A stretch of DNA of 64,000 bases from NCBI GenBank assembly GCA_965233585.1, contig CBDDTI010000747.1, positions 192,001 through 256,000 of the forward strand. Reading direction: 5' to 3'. The notes beneath the pieces were generated by a model. It was given only the letters and a program-made list of their open reading frames with translations. It had not been told where the DNA came from and did not search any database. Origin of the DNA: a bacterium (GTDB lineage: Bacteria; SAR324; NAC60-12). Of the stretch, positions 39,058-49,093 are shown in pieces (the first letter of the stretch is position 1; each line of letters begins with the position of its first letter). The translations under genes were made by a program, and so were the position numbers.

Positions 39058-39175
39058 TTTCTTTTTCTTTTGGAATGATTTATAATGCTGGGTTTGCTTT
39101 TTAAGCAAGGTTAGGCTAATAGGCTAATCTTTCATGTTCTCTTTATCAATTCAAAAGTGAAGTGGGTCAAAATTT

Positions 39176-40306
39176 ATGGCAAAGAAATCCAAAGGAAAAT
39201 CCGTTACTATTCTCGTTGCAGTCATCTTAATTTTGTCTGCAGTTGGCATCTTTTATTACATCAGTAAGAAACCTTTCGCTCCTGCACCAACCAGTCTGAA
39301 TGTGGAAACACCAATGGGGTTTGAACCTGAGCCGCTGGAGCTTCCTCCTGCGGAACTTCAAGAACAACCTGAAGAAGTCCTGACAGACTCAACACCTTTA
39401 CCTCTGCCGCAAGAGCCTCTCCCCGAACCCCAAGAACAGCCTGCAACTGAACCGCTTGCACAAGTGCAAGCCCAACCTGTTTCTGGCGAGAACAAACCAC
39501 CTTTCCGCTTTGGAAATTTCGCCTCCATTTTTGAATCAGACACAGAATATTGGCAACTCACCCCCGCACAAATGGAAGCATTCCCTACAGGTGTCTCTGA
39601 AGTGGTTTTGGTGCAAAACCAGACTAAATTGGACTACACCATCGTCCCTGAAAAACCAGCTGACTGGGTCTTAGCAAGGCAAGGAGACCGATTGCGTGTT
39701 GTGTTTCATACTGAAAAGGAGGCACAAAATGACATTCTTTCAAGAAAGAAACAAGGTAAATTTGCAGTGCAGATCATTTCTGTTGAGTCTTGGCGTATCC
39801 GTGATGCCATTAGCTTACTAGAAAGACTCGTCAGTGATGGCTACTATGCTTACATCCACAGAACCAGTGAAACCTACAAGGGGCAACATTGGTATCGGGT
39901 GCGTGTAGGAACGTTCGTTACAGAAGAAGATGCTCATATCAAAGGCAAGGAGATTTATTACCGCTATCGTGATTCATTACCTTTTGAGTCAGATTATTGG
40001 GTCGTTTTGCCAACAGACCAGGAGCTGGCTAATGTCATTGTTGACCTCAAAACAGTCAGGCACAATTCTTGGGTCGTCCAAATTCCTGCTTATTCAGATT
40101 GGAAAGAAGTGCTGACAGACTTTGATAAACTAAATCAAGAATTTGAGTTTATCTACATTTCAAGAACTGTTCAGAAGCAAACCCCCTTGTTTCAAATCAA
40201 CTTAGGGCTGTATGAAACCCAAGAGGAGGCAAGGAGTCAAGCACGGGTGCTGAAAAATATTGACCCCAAGTTCACAGAATTACGGTTCAAGAATTTATCC
40301 ATGTGA
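39176..40306 (+). CDS. Membrane-anchored SPOR-domain protein
   Basis: N-terminal TM, Pro/Glu-rich linker, FAVQI...WYRVRVGTF SPOR motif and a second degenerate SPOR. Confidence 0.75.
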   Translation: MAKKSKGKSVTILVAVILILSAVGIFYYISKKPFAPAPTSLNVETPMGFEPEPLELPPAELQEQPEEVLTDSTPLPLPQEPLPEPQEQPATEPLAQVQAQPVSGENKPPFRFGNFASIFESDTEYWQLTPAQMEAFPTGVSEVVLVQNQTKLDYTIVPEKPADWVLARQGDRLRVVFHTEKEAQNDILSRKKQGKFAVQIISVESWRIRDAISLLERLVSDGYYAYIHRTSETYKGQHWYRVRVGTFVTEEDAHIKGKEIYYRYRDSLPFESDYWVVLPTDQELANVIVDLKTVRHNSWVVQIPAYSDWKEVLTDFDKLNQEFEFIYISRTVQKQTPLFQINLGLYETQEEARSQARVLKNIDPKFTELRFKNLSM

Positions 40307-40414
40307 TTCTATTCTCAAAGGGGTGTCAAATTTTAGAAAATGCAAAATAAGGGTTGCCTTTTTCTTTTAAAAAATAGAAACTGGTGGGTTTTGTGATTGA
40401 AGTAAAGGAATTTT

Positions 40415-40579
40415 ATGGCTAAGAAAAAAGGGAATCGTGTTTTTGTGAAGATGAAGAGTTCAGAAAGTGGGCATTGTTATTACACAACCAAAAATCGTAA
40501 TATCAACCCCAATCGCTTGGAACTCAGAAAGTATGACCCGCATGTCAGAAGGCATGTGATGTACAAAGAAACAAAATAA
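40415..40579 (+). CDS. rpmG: 50S ribosomal protein L33 (no zinc ribbon); missed by ORF track
   Basis: My translation: [54 protein letters not shown]; aaagga RBS. Confidence 0.95.
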   Translation: MAKKKGNRVFVKMKSSESGHCYYTTKNRNINPNRLELRKYDPHVRRHVMYKETK

Positions 40580-40593
40580 CATCAGGTTGATTT

Positions 40594-40833
40594 ATGTCTA
40601 AAAAGTGTCAGTTGACTGGTAAGAAGCCGTTGGTTGGAAACCATGTCTCTCATGCAAATAATAAGGTGAAGCGCAGGCAGTTACCTAATTTGCAATATAA
40701 GAAAATTTTTGTGGCAGAGCTGAAGCGTTCGGTTCGTTTGAGGCTTTCAACACGTGCCATACGGACGATTGATAAACACGGTTTAATCCCCTATCTCAAA
40801 AAACAAGGGAAGACCTTGAAGGATATTTTATAG
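40594..40833 (+). CDS. rpmB: 50S ribosomal protein L28
   Basis: [29 protein letters not shown]. Confidence 0.96.
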   Translation: MSKKCQLTGKKPLVGNHVSHANNKVKRRQLPNLQYKKIFVAELKRSVRLRLSTRAIRTIDKHGLIPYLKKQGKTLKDIL

Positions 40834-40842
40834 AAGATTGTT

Positions 40843-41448
40843 ATGAGTAAAAAAATGCAAATGAGCTGCAAGATTTGCAGACGTTTAGGAGTGTCGTTGT
40901 GTGGTTCAAGGAGTTGTGCATTTATCAAACGACCGCAACCACCCGGACAGCATGGAGGAGGAAGACGAAGCAAAGACACCCCTTATGGTATCCAGCTCAA
41001 AGAAAGCCAAAAGTTGCGGTTCTATTATGGTGTCTCTGCCAAACAGTTCAGACGTTACTATGAGTCTGCCTCTAAATCCAGACGCCAAACTAACGTCTAT
41101 CTTGTCCAAATGCTAGAAACCCGACTAGATAACATGGTGTATCGCTTGGGATTCACAGGGACTCTTGCAGCAGCAAGACAGATGGTGTCTCATCGTCATA
41201 TTCTAGTCAATGGCAAGAATGTCAACAAACCTTCTTACTGCGTGAACGTTGGTGATGTCATTGAATTGAGAGAAAAAAGCAAAAAAATTGAACGTTACCA
41301 AGAGTGGTTCAACTTCTTTAAAAACGAGCTTGCATATATTGAACGCAACGAAAGCAATTTTTCTGGTCAATTAACCAGACTCCCTGACAGACATGAAATT
41401 CCCATTCAAGTAGAAGACCAACTTGTTGTAGAGTTCATGGCTAGGTAA
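40843..41448 (+). CDS. rpsD: 30S ribosomal protein S4
   Basis: PGQHG, YGIQLKESQKLR, LETRLDNMVYRLGF, ARQMVSH.H..VNG. Confidence 0.95.
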   Translation: MSKKMQMSCKICRRLGVSLCGSRSCAFIKRPQPPGQHGGGRRSKDTPYGIQLKESQKLRFYYGVSAKQFRRYYESASKSRRQTNVYLVQMLETRLDNMVYRLGFTGTLAAARQMVSHRHILVNGKNVNKPSYCVNVGDVIELREKSKKIERYQEWFNFFKNELAYIERNESNFSGQLTRLPDRHEIPIQVEDQLVVEFMAR

Positions 41449-41499
41449 TACTTTCCTTCTTTGAAATCTCCAATCTCCAAGCCTCTTTTTTTCAAGGAT

Positions 41500-43032
41500 T
41501 TACTCCAGCATTCTGTATTGAATCGCCTCACTCAAGTGAACAGATTCAATAGTAGGGCTTTGGTCAAGGTCTGCGATGGTGCGTGAAACTTTCAAAATAC
41601 GGTAATACGCCCTGGCGCTCAACCCAAATCTTTTGACTGCTGATTCTAGCAAATCTTGGGTCTTTTGTTCCAAAAGAATAAATTGATCCACCTCCCTTGA
41701 ATCCATATCTCCATTGAAGAGGACACGGCTGTTTTGAAAACGTTGCATCTGAATTTCATGGGCAGATTGCACACGTTTTTGAATGTCTTTTGAGCTTTCC
41801 CCAGTAGAACGTGCAGACAAGGTTTCATAGTCAATCGCCGCAATTTTAAGCTGAAGGTCAAAGCGGTCCATCAAAGGTCCTGAAATTTTGGAGCGATACT
41901 TCAAAACCTGTTCTGCTGAACAAGTGCATGTTTTGGGGCTTGAAGGCAAAGCTCCTGCGTATCCGCAGGGGCAAGGATTCATTGCCGCTATCATTAAAAA
42001 ATCACAAGGCAGGTCAACACTAAAATTGGCACGTGCAATTCGCACATGGCGATCTTCCCAAGGCTGCCTGAGTGCCTCAAGGGCATCTCTTCTAAATTCA
42101 GGGAGTTCATCAAGGAACAAAATGCCACGATGAGCCAGAGAAATCTCTCCGGGTTGTGGAATCGTGCGACCTCCCCCAACTAAACCTACTGTGGAAATGG
42201 TATGATTTGGAGAACGGAAAGGACGTTGAGTGATTAAAGATGACCCTTGTAGCTCCCCAACTGCACTGAAAATCCGTGTTACATCAAGAGCCTCTTGCAA
42301 ACGCATAGGGGGTAAAATGGCAGGCATACGGCGTGCCAGCATCGTTTTGCCTGAACCCGGAACCCCGACCATCAAGACATGATGCCGACCTGCCGCTGAA
42401 ACTTCCAATGCTCTTTTGGCTTGTGATTGCCCCTTCACGTCTTGAAAATCTCCGCATGTTTGGGAATGTTCTGCAAGTTCTAACAAATTTTCAATTTGAG
42501 GTGTGACAGTGAGTCGTGTTTGGTCTTGAAAGTGTGCAATGACTTCCAAAAGCGTGTTTGCTCCAAAGACTTCAATGTTAGGAATGATGGTGGCTTCTTT
42601 GGCATTGGAACTTGGCAGAATCATCTTTTTCAAAGCAACTTGTTGCATCATCATTGCAGAACTCAAAGCTCCACACACGTGACGGATTGAGCCGTCAAGT
42701 GCCAGCTCACCCAACATCAGATAATCTTGCAAAGACTCTGGGGGAATCATTTCAAAGCCTCCCAAGATTGCCATCGCAATAGGCAGGTCAAAGCCTGAAC
42801 CCACTTTTTTTAAATTGGCAGGTGCTAAGTTCACTACAATTTTACGAACAGGCAACTTGATTCCACTTTGTTCAAGTGCGGCAAAAATCCGATTTTCACT
42901 TTCACGAACAGCGCTATCAGGCAAACCAACAAGGCTAAATTTGCTCAATCCCCTAGAGACGTGAGCTTCTACTTCAATACGTTCAGCATCTACTCCTACC
43001 AAAGATGCTGAAAAAACACGAGAAACTGTCAT
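41500..43032 (-). CDS. comM: YifB/ComM Mg-chelatase-like AAA+ ATPase
   Basis: VGLPD..VRES, NLAPA, GVPGSGKTMLA, PGEISLAHRG.LFLDELPEF, AMNPCPCG. Confidence 0.93.
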   Translation of the reverse strand: MTVSRVFSASLVGVDAERIEVEAHVSRGLSKFSLVGLPDSAVRESENRIFAALEQSGIKLPVRKIVVNLAPANLKKVGSGFDLPIAMAILGGFEMIPPESLQDYLMLGELALDGSIRHVCGALSSAMMMQQVALKKMILPSSNAKEATIIPNIEVFGANTLLEVIAHFQDQTRLTVTPQIENLLELAEHSQTCGDFQDVKGQSQAKRALEVSAAGRHHVLMVGVPGSGKTMLARRMPAILPPMRLQEALDVTRIFSAVGELQGSSLITQRPFRSPNHTISTVGLVGGGRTIPQPGEISLAHRGILFLDELPEFRRDALEALRQPWEDRHVRIARANFSVDLPCDFLMIAAMNPCPCGYAGALPSSPKTCTCSAEQVLKYRSKISGPLMDRFDLQLKIAAIDYETLSARSTGESSKDIQKRVQSAHEIQMQRFQNSRVLFNGDMDSREVDQFILLEQKTQDLLESAVKRFGLSARAYYRILKVSRTIADLDQSPTIESVHLSEAIQYRMLE

Positions 43033-43136
43033 GGGCTTAACAACATGGACTTAAAATTGAGAACCAGAAAGGAGATGTTACCCTAAAGTAGAGTCAATGA
43101 AAAAAGACGTTGAACATTTTGGTTGAGTTGATTAGC

Positions 43137-43227
43137 TGGCGGAGAGAGAGGGATTCGAACCCTCGGTACCCAGAACAGGTACAACAGATTAGCAATCTGC
43201 CACTTTCGGCCTCTCAGTCATCTCTCC
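43137..43227 (-). tRNA. tRNA-Ser(GCU)
   Basis: GGAGAGA acceptor, CAGAT-TGCTAA-TCTG anticodon arm, long variable arm, CCA. Confidence 0.95.
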
Positions 43228-43238
43228 AGCTTTGGAAA

Positions 43239-43324
43239 TGGCGGGGGGAGAGGGATTCGAACCCCCGGAACTCGCGTTCAACGGTTTTCAAGACCGCCGG
43301 TTTCAACCACTCACCCATCCCCCC
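43239..43324 (-). tRNA. tRNA-Ser(UGA)
   Basis: GGGGGGA acceptor, CGGTC-TTGAAA-ACCG anticodon arm, variable arm, CCA. Confidence 0.95.
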
Positions 43325-43409
43325 GAAAAATACAGCCTGCCATTGTATAACAACATTTGGGTCTGTGTCAAATACCTCTGTTGCAAATCAAATGTGTCAA
43401 TCTCATGCT

Positions 43410-44597
43410 TCATTCTTTTTTGGCAACAATTACAAATAACTGTCCCGTGCTTTTTTGATGTCCTGCATGAAGTTCTGCATCTGTGCCTCTGCCCCAGAAC
43501 AGGTCAATGCGTCCATGCCCTCTGATGACTCCCCCTGTGTCTTGCGGGGTTGCAAATCTGCTCATTTTTTTGCTTCCAACCTGCTGTCCTTGTTCAAAGA
43601 TACCTTGTTGGGTCTGTATCCATGCAACACTCCCCATTGGGATTAAGCGATAATCTACGGCGATAGAACGTTTAGCCGTCAAAGGCTCGCCCATGTAGCC
43701 TATTGGACCAGAGCCGACTTCGTTTTCTCTAAAAAAAACATAGCTTGGATTATAGAATAAAATTTCATCTATTTCTTCAGGGTGTTCGTAAAGATATTTT
43801 TTTAAGGACTGCATTGAGACTTCTTCACGTTTCATTTTTCCTTGTTGAATCAAAAGTCTTCCAATGGAGCGGTAAGGTAGCCCGTTCTTTCCTGCATAAT
43901 TGAGTTGCATCAATGACCTATCTGGCAGTTGCATGAGACCAGAACCTTGAATTTGCAAGAAAAATAACTCAATGTGATGTGTGGTGTAGGCAAGGACTTC
44001 TACACGATTTTGCAAAGAAAACTGACCAACAATTTCTTTGCGAGAGTCATAAGGTACTAATTGATGACCTTGCACTTTTCCCAAGATGGTTTGCTTGGGA
44101 AGTTTTGAACCGAATTGCGACAAATTGACACGGATTAAGTCTTGGGGTTTAGCATAAATCGGCACAGGGTATTGCTGACTTGGTTCTTTTGAACCTTGAA
44201 TGATTGGCTCATAGTATCCCGTAAAAAAGGCTTGTTGCTTCTTGTTCCTGCTTTCAAAAACAAAAAATTCTTCTGCAATCAATTCTGCACGTTCTTTCCC
44301 TTGAGTGTTCTTGAGAATCTCTAACAACCTTGCGTTTGATGCAATCAGCTCTTTGGCAGAATAGCTTTTTTCTCCAAAAGAAAAACGTTTCCCATCAGGC
44401 ATACGTTTGTAAAAATTTTCAGAGTGTTGCAACGCTTCTTCAAGCGAGCTTAAAGGCAAGTCGTCTTCCCACCTCATGCTTTTGACCTCATGGCTGGAAA
44501 GCAACTTAAATGGAATTTGTGCAGATTGACAGGCATTTAAAATTGCCAAAAGACACAATAATTTAAAAAGATTTTTGAGCTGTCTTTGTAGATTCAC
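43410..44597 (-). CDS. mltA: Membrane-bound lytic murein transglycosylase A
   Basis: Lipobox LNAC; FTGYYEP, FFLQIQGSG, NPSYVFF, QDTGG, RIDLFWG. Confidence 0.93.
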   Translation of the reverse strand: MNLQRQLKNLFKLLCLLAILNACQSAQIPFKLLSSHEVKSMRWEDDLPLSSLEEALQHSENFYKRMPDGKRFSFGEKSYSAKELIASNARLLEILKNTQGKERAELIAEEFFVFESRNKKQQAFFTGYYEPIIQGSKEPSQQYPVPIYAKPQDLIRVNLSQFGSKLPKQTILGKVQGHQLVPYDSRKEIVGQFSLQNRVEVLAYTTHHIELFFLQIQGSGLMQLPDRSLMQLNYAGKNGLPYRSIGRLLIQQGKMKREEVSMQSLKKYLYEHPEEIDEILFYNPSYVFFRENEVGSGPIGYMGEPLTAKRSIAVDYRLIPMGSVAWIQTQQGIFEQGQQVGSKKMSRFATPQDTGGVIRGHGRIDLFWGRGTDAELHAGHQKSTGQLFVIVAKKE

Positions 44598-44612
44598 TTT
44601 TTTAGGGAAAAA

Positions 44613-45797
44613 TTAAGATGAGGTTGAAAATTCTTGTTTCAGTGCATCAAGCCCTTGTTTAAGAAAGGATTGAGAAGTTGCAATATTCAATCTAAAAAAA
44701 CCCCTGCCAATTTGGGGGTTTCTAAAAAATTCTCCACCCCCAAAGTCTGTGCCACTATTGAGAGCTAATTTAGCATTGTCAATCAACCGTTTTTGAATTT
44801 GTGCATGCGACTGCCCTAGCAGATTAAAATCAATCCAAATCAAATAGGTTGCCTCTGGAGTGATGGGTTTTAAAACAGGAATTTGATTTTTAATGTAATT
44901 GATAGCAAAGTCTCTGTTTTTCTGTAAGTGAACCATCAAAGCCTCTAACCAATCTTGGCATTCATTGTATGCAGCAATCGTGGCATAAGTGCCTAAAAGA
45001 TTTGGGAAAATGTGATACTTTTCCAGAATGGGGGCAAGTTTTTGAAGTAAACGATGGTTGCGTGAGACAATGTAGGCGGTTGAAAGACCTGCAATGTTAT
45101 AGGCTTTGCTGGCAGAATCCAATATGATTGCGATGTCGTGAGCTTTGTCAAAGCTCAAAACAGAATGGAATTGATGGGGTTGATACACAATCTCACTGTG
45201 GACTTCATCACTCACTAAAATGACCTGATGTTCAAGGCACAAATCAATGATCTTTGAAAGTTCATCTTGGTTAAACAAACGTCCTGACGGATTGTGAGGG
45301 TGGCAAAGCAGAAGTAGCCCCACTTGTTTTAACTTCTGTTCTAAATCGTCAAAATCAATTTCGTAGCGCTGTCCTTGTAAAATCAATATATTTTCTAAAA
45401 CAAGGCGGCGATTTTCTAAAACAACCCTATAAAAAGGGTGATACACCGGGGGTTGAAACAAAACCAATTCTTGTTCTTTAGAAAATGCTTGCACACATGC
45501 ACTCAAAGCAGGCACAACACCATGAGTCAGCAAGATTTGTTCTTTCTGTAAGGTGATGTTTTGACGTTGATAGCGATTGATGATGCTTGTGAAGAAGTCA
45601 GGTGGTGTGGTCGTGTATCCGTAAATGTGATGACTCATTCTGTCCTGTAATGCCTTGACGATTGGCTCTGCTGCAACAAAGTCCATATCTGCCACCCAAA
45701 ACGGCATCAAGTCCACCGCACCAAATTTTTGGTTTAATGTGTCATATTTGTAACAATCGCTATTTTTTCTTAAAACGCTATTTTCAAAATCCATCAC
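44613..45797 (-). CDS. MalY/PatB family PLP-dependent C-S lyase
   Basis: WVADMDF, PPVYHPF, PHNPSG, SDEVH, SKAYNIAGL, EATYL.W.D. Confidence 0.92.
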   Translation of the reverse strand: MMDFENSVLRKNSDCYKYDTLNQKFGAVDLMPFWVADMDFVAAEPIVKALQDRMSHHIYGYTTTPPDFFTSIINRYQRQNITLQKEQILLTHGVVPALSACVQAFSKEQELVLFQPPVYHPFYRVVLENRRLVLENILILQGQRYEIDFDDLEQKLKQVGLLLLCHPHNPSGRLFNQDELSKIIDLCLEHQVILVSDEVHSEIVYQPHQFHSVLSFDKAHDIAIILDSASKAYNIAGLSTAYIVSRNHRLLQKLAPILEKYHIFPNLLGTYATIAAYNECQDWLEALMVHLQKNRDFAINYIKNQIPVLKPITPEATYLIWIDFNLLGQSHAQIQKRLIDNAKLALNSGTDFGGGEFFRNPQIGRGFFRLNIATSQSFLKQGLDALKQEFSTSS

Positions 45798-46063
45798 GCA
45801 CCTTCATTCCAAAACAAATTCATAGTTATCTCATCAAATGGCTGTTTTTGCAAACATCAGCAGGATTTTTTTTGATTCTCTTTTCAATCAAAAATGATTT
45901 GTTTGATAAGTTAGTGATTTTTGTTATAAAAAATGATTTTAGGGAGGTTGAAAAAGACTAGACTCTTTTATTTGCTTTTGGTAGCATGCTCCACTTTTAA
46001 ACATTGTGTTTAAGGGTATTTTTTGACCAAAAGAGCAAAAAACTCCTCCTTAAATAAATTTTT

Positions 46064-46978
46064 ATGAAAAATTCAGATTGGATATTGGTGGTTTCGTTGG
46101 GAGTGATTTGGGGGGCAAGTTTCTTTTTTAATGAAGTTCTGCTCAAGACATTTAGCCCCTTTATGATTGTCTATTTGCGGGTGGCTATTGCGGCTTTGTT
46201 CTTGTTGGCAGTTGTTTTAACAAAAAAACAACATTTTAAATTAACAATGGAGAATATTTTGAACCTGTCTGTCATGGCGCTGCTGAACAATGTGATTCCT
46301 TTTTCGTTGATTACCTATGGTCAAGAGAGCATCACAGGGGGTTTAGCATCTATTTTAAATGCCAACACAGCTTTTGCGACGATTATTTTGGCATCGTTGA
46401 TGCTGCCAAACGAAAGGCTTGTTGCTCATAGATTAGTGGGGGTGGTTATTGGCATCTTCGGGGTGATTTGTGCGGTTGGGTATGAAAATATCTTACAATT
46501 TGGTCATGATGGCATCGGTAAGTATTTGGTGATTTGTGCAAGTATTTCCTACGCTTTTGCTAGTGTTTGGGGTAAAAAACGTTTGCATCATTTGTCTCCT
46601 ATGATCTCAGCAACAGGTATGTTAACGATGAGTACTCTGATTTTATCGCCTTATGTCTTGACTGTGCATGGTGAGGAATTGTTATTACTTGATTTTGTCA
46701 CATCATACTATGCTGTTGGTTTGGGAGTTCTGTGTTCTGGCATTGCTTATCTTTTGTTCTTTAGAATTTTAGAAAGTTCAGGAGCAGGAAATGTGATGAT
46801 TAGCACTTTGATTATTCCCCCAGCTGCTATTTTCTTAAATTCTATGATGTTAGAACAAACGGTAACTATGGTAGAATTTTACGGTTTGATGATTATTTCT
46901 GTGGGGCTTCTCATCATAGATGGACGTATGGCTATACACCTCAAGAGTCTTTTCAAGCTAACTCGTTGGAAAATTTAA
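46064..46978 (+). CDS. DMT/EamA family transporter
   Basis: IWGASF, NNVIPF, GLASILNA, about 10 TM segments. Confidence 0.9.
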   Translation: MKNSDWILVVSLGVIWGASFFFNEVLLKTFSPFMIVYLRVAIAALFLLAVVLTKKQHFKLTMENILNLSVMALLNNVIPFSLITYGQESITGGLASILNANTAFATIILASLMLPNERLVAHRLVGVVIGIFGVICAVGYENILQFGHDGIGKYLVICASISYAFASVWGKKRLHHLSPMISATGMLTMSTLILSPYVLTVHGEELLLLDFVTSYYAVGLGVLCSGIAYLLFFRILESSGAGNVMISTLIIPPAAIFLNSMMLEQTVTMVEFYGLMIISVGLLIIDGRMAIHLKSLFKLTRWKI

Positions 46979-48957
46979 AAAACTCACTTCAACACTTTGC
47001 CATCGGTTTATTGTGGTCTGGTACTGCTGTTTTTCATTACTGGAGCATCAACGGCAAGCTGCACCACATCAGCAGTTTTTTCCTTGAAATCCCTCTTTTC
47101 ATTGTCATAGGTGCTTTACTTTATTGGGGAATTGCCTTTGCTTTGGTTTGCAAAAAAACCAAAACTCAAAATTCCCTTTTGTCAGTTCAACTTGCTTTGT
47201 CGGTTTTTTTCCTTTTCATAGGACCCCATAGACAGCTCAATCAGGTCATTCATGGTGCAGTATTTATTGCCTACATCAGTTGTCTTGGTGTGTTCATTTC
47301 ATGGTTATTTTGGAAGTTTCACCGTAAGGCAAAGCCTACCATTTTAGTTTTTCTTGTGGTCTTTGGTGTGTCTCGTGCTTATGAGAGCCTTGTTATTCTC
47401 AATCAACAATTTCAAGAATATCAACACCTTCAACAATCTTTTTCTCAAGACTCTATCCAGAAGTTTCTTGGTCAATTTCAAGATGACAGTTTTAAGCACC
47501 CTTTCAACATCTATCAGCTCTCCATTGACTCTTATCCTAATTTGGTAGGTTACCAACGTTTTGGAATAGACAATTCTGCATTTTATCAATGGCTTGAAGA
47601 CAAAAATTTTAAGACCTATCCTCATGCGGCATCAAATGGCTATGACACCTTCAGAACATTGACAATGATGTGGATTATGAAGTTGATTTATCCCAAACCT
47701 CATCAAAAAGAATTACTTACCTATGATGCGTATTTTGGGAAAAATGAGGTCTTTGCACGTTTGACAAATCAAAATTACATGATCTATTGCCATTACCCTT
47801 GCACAACACATGAAAAATCGCCAAAACCTGCTGTGTTGAGTAATTTGAAGTCAACAGATGACGCCATCATTTATTCTTTTTTCACTCGCTACCTTTTGGC
47901 TTATTATTTTTCAAATGAGGTGGTGGAGTGGTTTGTAGGTCAGAGAGATGCTTTGCCTAAAGGGACAGCAACGCATATACAACATTACTACAATGCCATA
48001 GCAGACCTTGAAATTGCTAAAAAACAAACAGCTTACAAGCAAGGCTACATTTTTTTACATGACAACTGGCAAAGAACCAGAACTCAAGAAGGCTTAGAAG
48101 AGGTGAATTTTGAAGTCAAAACCATCATTGATGATATTTTAAAACGTGACCCGCAGAGCATTATCATAGTCAGTAGCGATCATGGTAGCCGCCCAGAATG
48201 GACAACGCCTTACACTGATTTACCAATTCATAATTTTGGGGTCATGCAAGCGATTCGTTGGCCCAAAGTTTGTGAACGTTTTAAAAGCGTGGAACAAATC
48301 ACAGGAGTCAATTTTTTCCGTTACATTTTTGCTTGTCTCAATGACTGGGAAGTCCCTCGTCATCTTGAACCAGACGATGGCTACATGGAGAGTCTTTCAA
48401 GAAATGACAACAAATATTTTGGTCTTTTTCTCAATGTGAAAGATGGCAAGTTTCTTGACTTGCCACAAGATGTCAGTGGTGCCATGAGTCATCAAGAAAT
48501 CAAGACAATCTTTGCAAATGTCAAGCAACAAAATCAATTTCATCAAAAACTTTACTCTGCCAAAGGAGAGGCGATAATCAATTCCACAACGAAAAGATAC
48601 TTTTGCCGTGCAAATAGGTTATGTATCAATGCACCCTCGCAAATTCTTTATCCATTGACGGGCAAAGAATCTCTTTTGACATTTAAATATGGACTTGAAA
48701 AAGAGCTTGCTGGTCAGCATAAGGGAGTCTGCTTTCAGGTTGATTTGAAAAATCAGCAAAAAACCCTTAATGTCTGGCAAGACTGCATCTTAAATCAAGA
48801 CCAATCTCAAAAAATTGGAAAGAAGGCAGCCATTCAAATTCCAACAGGTCAATACCAATCTATCCTTTTCAAAAGCTATTGCTTAAATGGTGAATGTGTG
48901 GAGGCAAAAGCATCTTGGGGAGGGGATTTATTTTATGAAGATTTTCAAATTCGCTAA
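46966..48957 (+). CDS. Membrane protein with alkaline phosphatase/sulfatase-like domain
   Basis: About 5 N-terminal TMs; NIYQLSIDSY and IIVSSDHG motifs; TTG start uncertain. Confidence 0.6.
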   Translation: MENLKNSLQHFAIGLLWSGTAVFHYWSINGKLHHISSFFLEIPLFIVIGALLYWGIAFALVCKKTKTQNSLLSVQLALSVFFLFIGPHRQLNQVIHGAVFIAYISCLGVFISWLFWKFHRKAKPTILVFLVVFGVSRAYESLVILNQQFQEYQHLQQSFSQDSIQKFLGQFQDDSFKHPFNIYQLSIDSYPNLVGYQRFGIDNSAFYQWLEDKNFKTYPHAASNGYDTFRTLTMMWIMKLIYPKPHQKELLTYDAYFGKNEVFARLTNQNYMIYCHYPCTTHEKSPKPAVLSNLKSTDDAIIYSFFTRYLLAYYFSNEVVEWFVGQRDALPKGTATHIQHYYNAIADLEIAKKQTAYKQGYIFLHDNWQRTRTQEGLEEVNFEVKTIIDDILKRDPQSIIIVSSDHGSRPEWTTPYTDLPIHNFGVMQAIRWPKVCERFKSVEQITGVNFFRYIFACLNDWEVPRHLEPDDGYMESLSRNDNKYFGLFLNVKDGKFLDLPQDVSGAMSHQEIKTIFANVKQQNQFHQKLYSAKGEAIINSTTKRYFCRANRLCINAPSQILYPLTGKESLLTFKYGLEKELAGQHKGVCFQVDLKNQQKTLNVWQDCILNQDQSQKIGKKAAIQIPTGQYQSILFKSYCLNGECVEAKASWGGDLFYEDFQIR

Positions 48958-49093
48958 ACTGTTCTCAAATTTAGAATTTGCCTTAAATTTATTAGCAACT
49001 TTTTGAAATAAGACTTAGAATAACCCCTTTCGTATTCATCTGGTTGCAATGTCCACCGTTTCAATGATGTGATGAAGCCAACTTTTCTCAATC

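Noticed and set aside
40338..40362. Imperfect palindrome aaatgcaa...ttgccttt upstream of rpmG as a Zur box
   Set aside because: Spacing and symmetry are too weak to support a call
43137..43324. tRNA-Ser pair as an island integration site or as tRNA-Sec
   Set aside because: No integrase or duplicated tRNA 3' end seen; anticodons are GCU and UGA, not UCA
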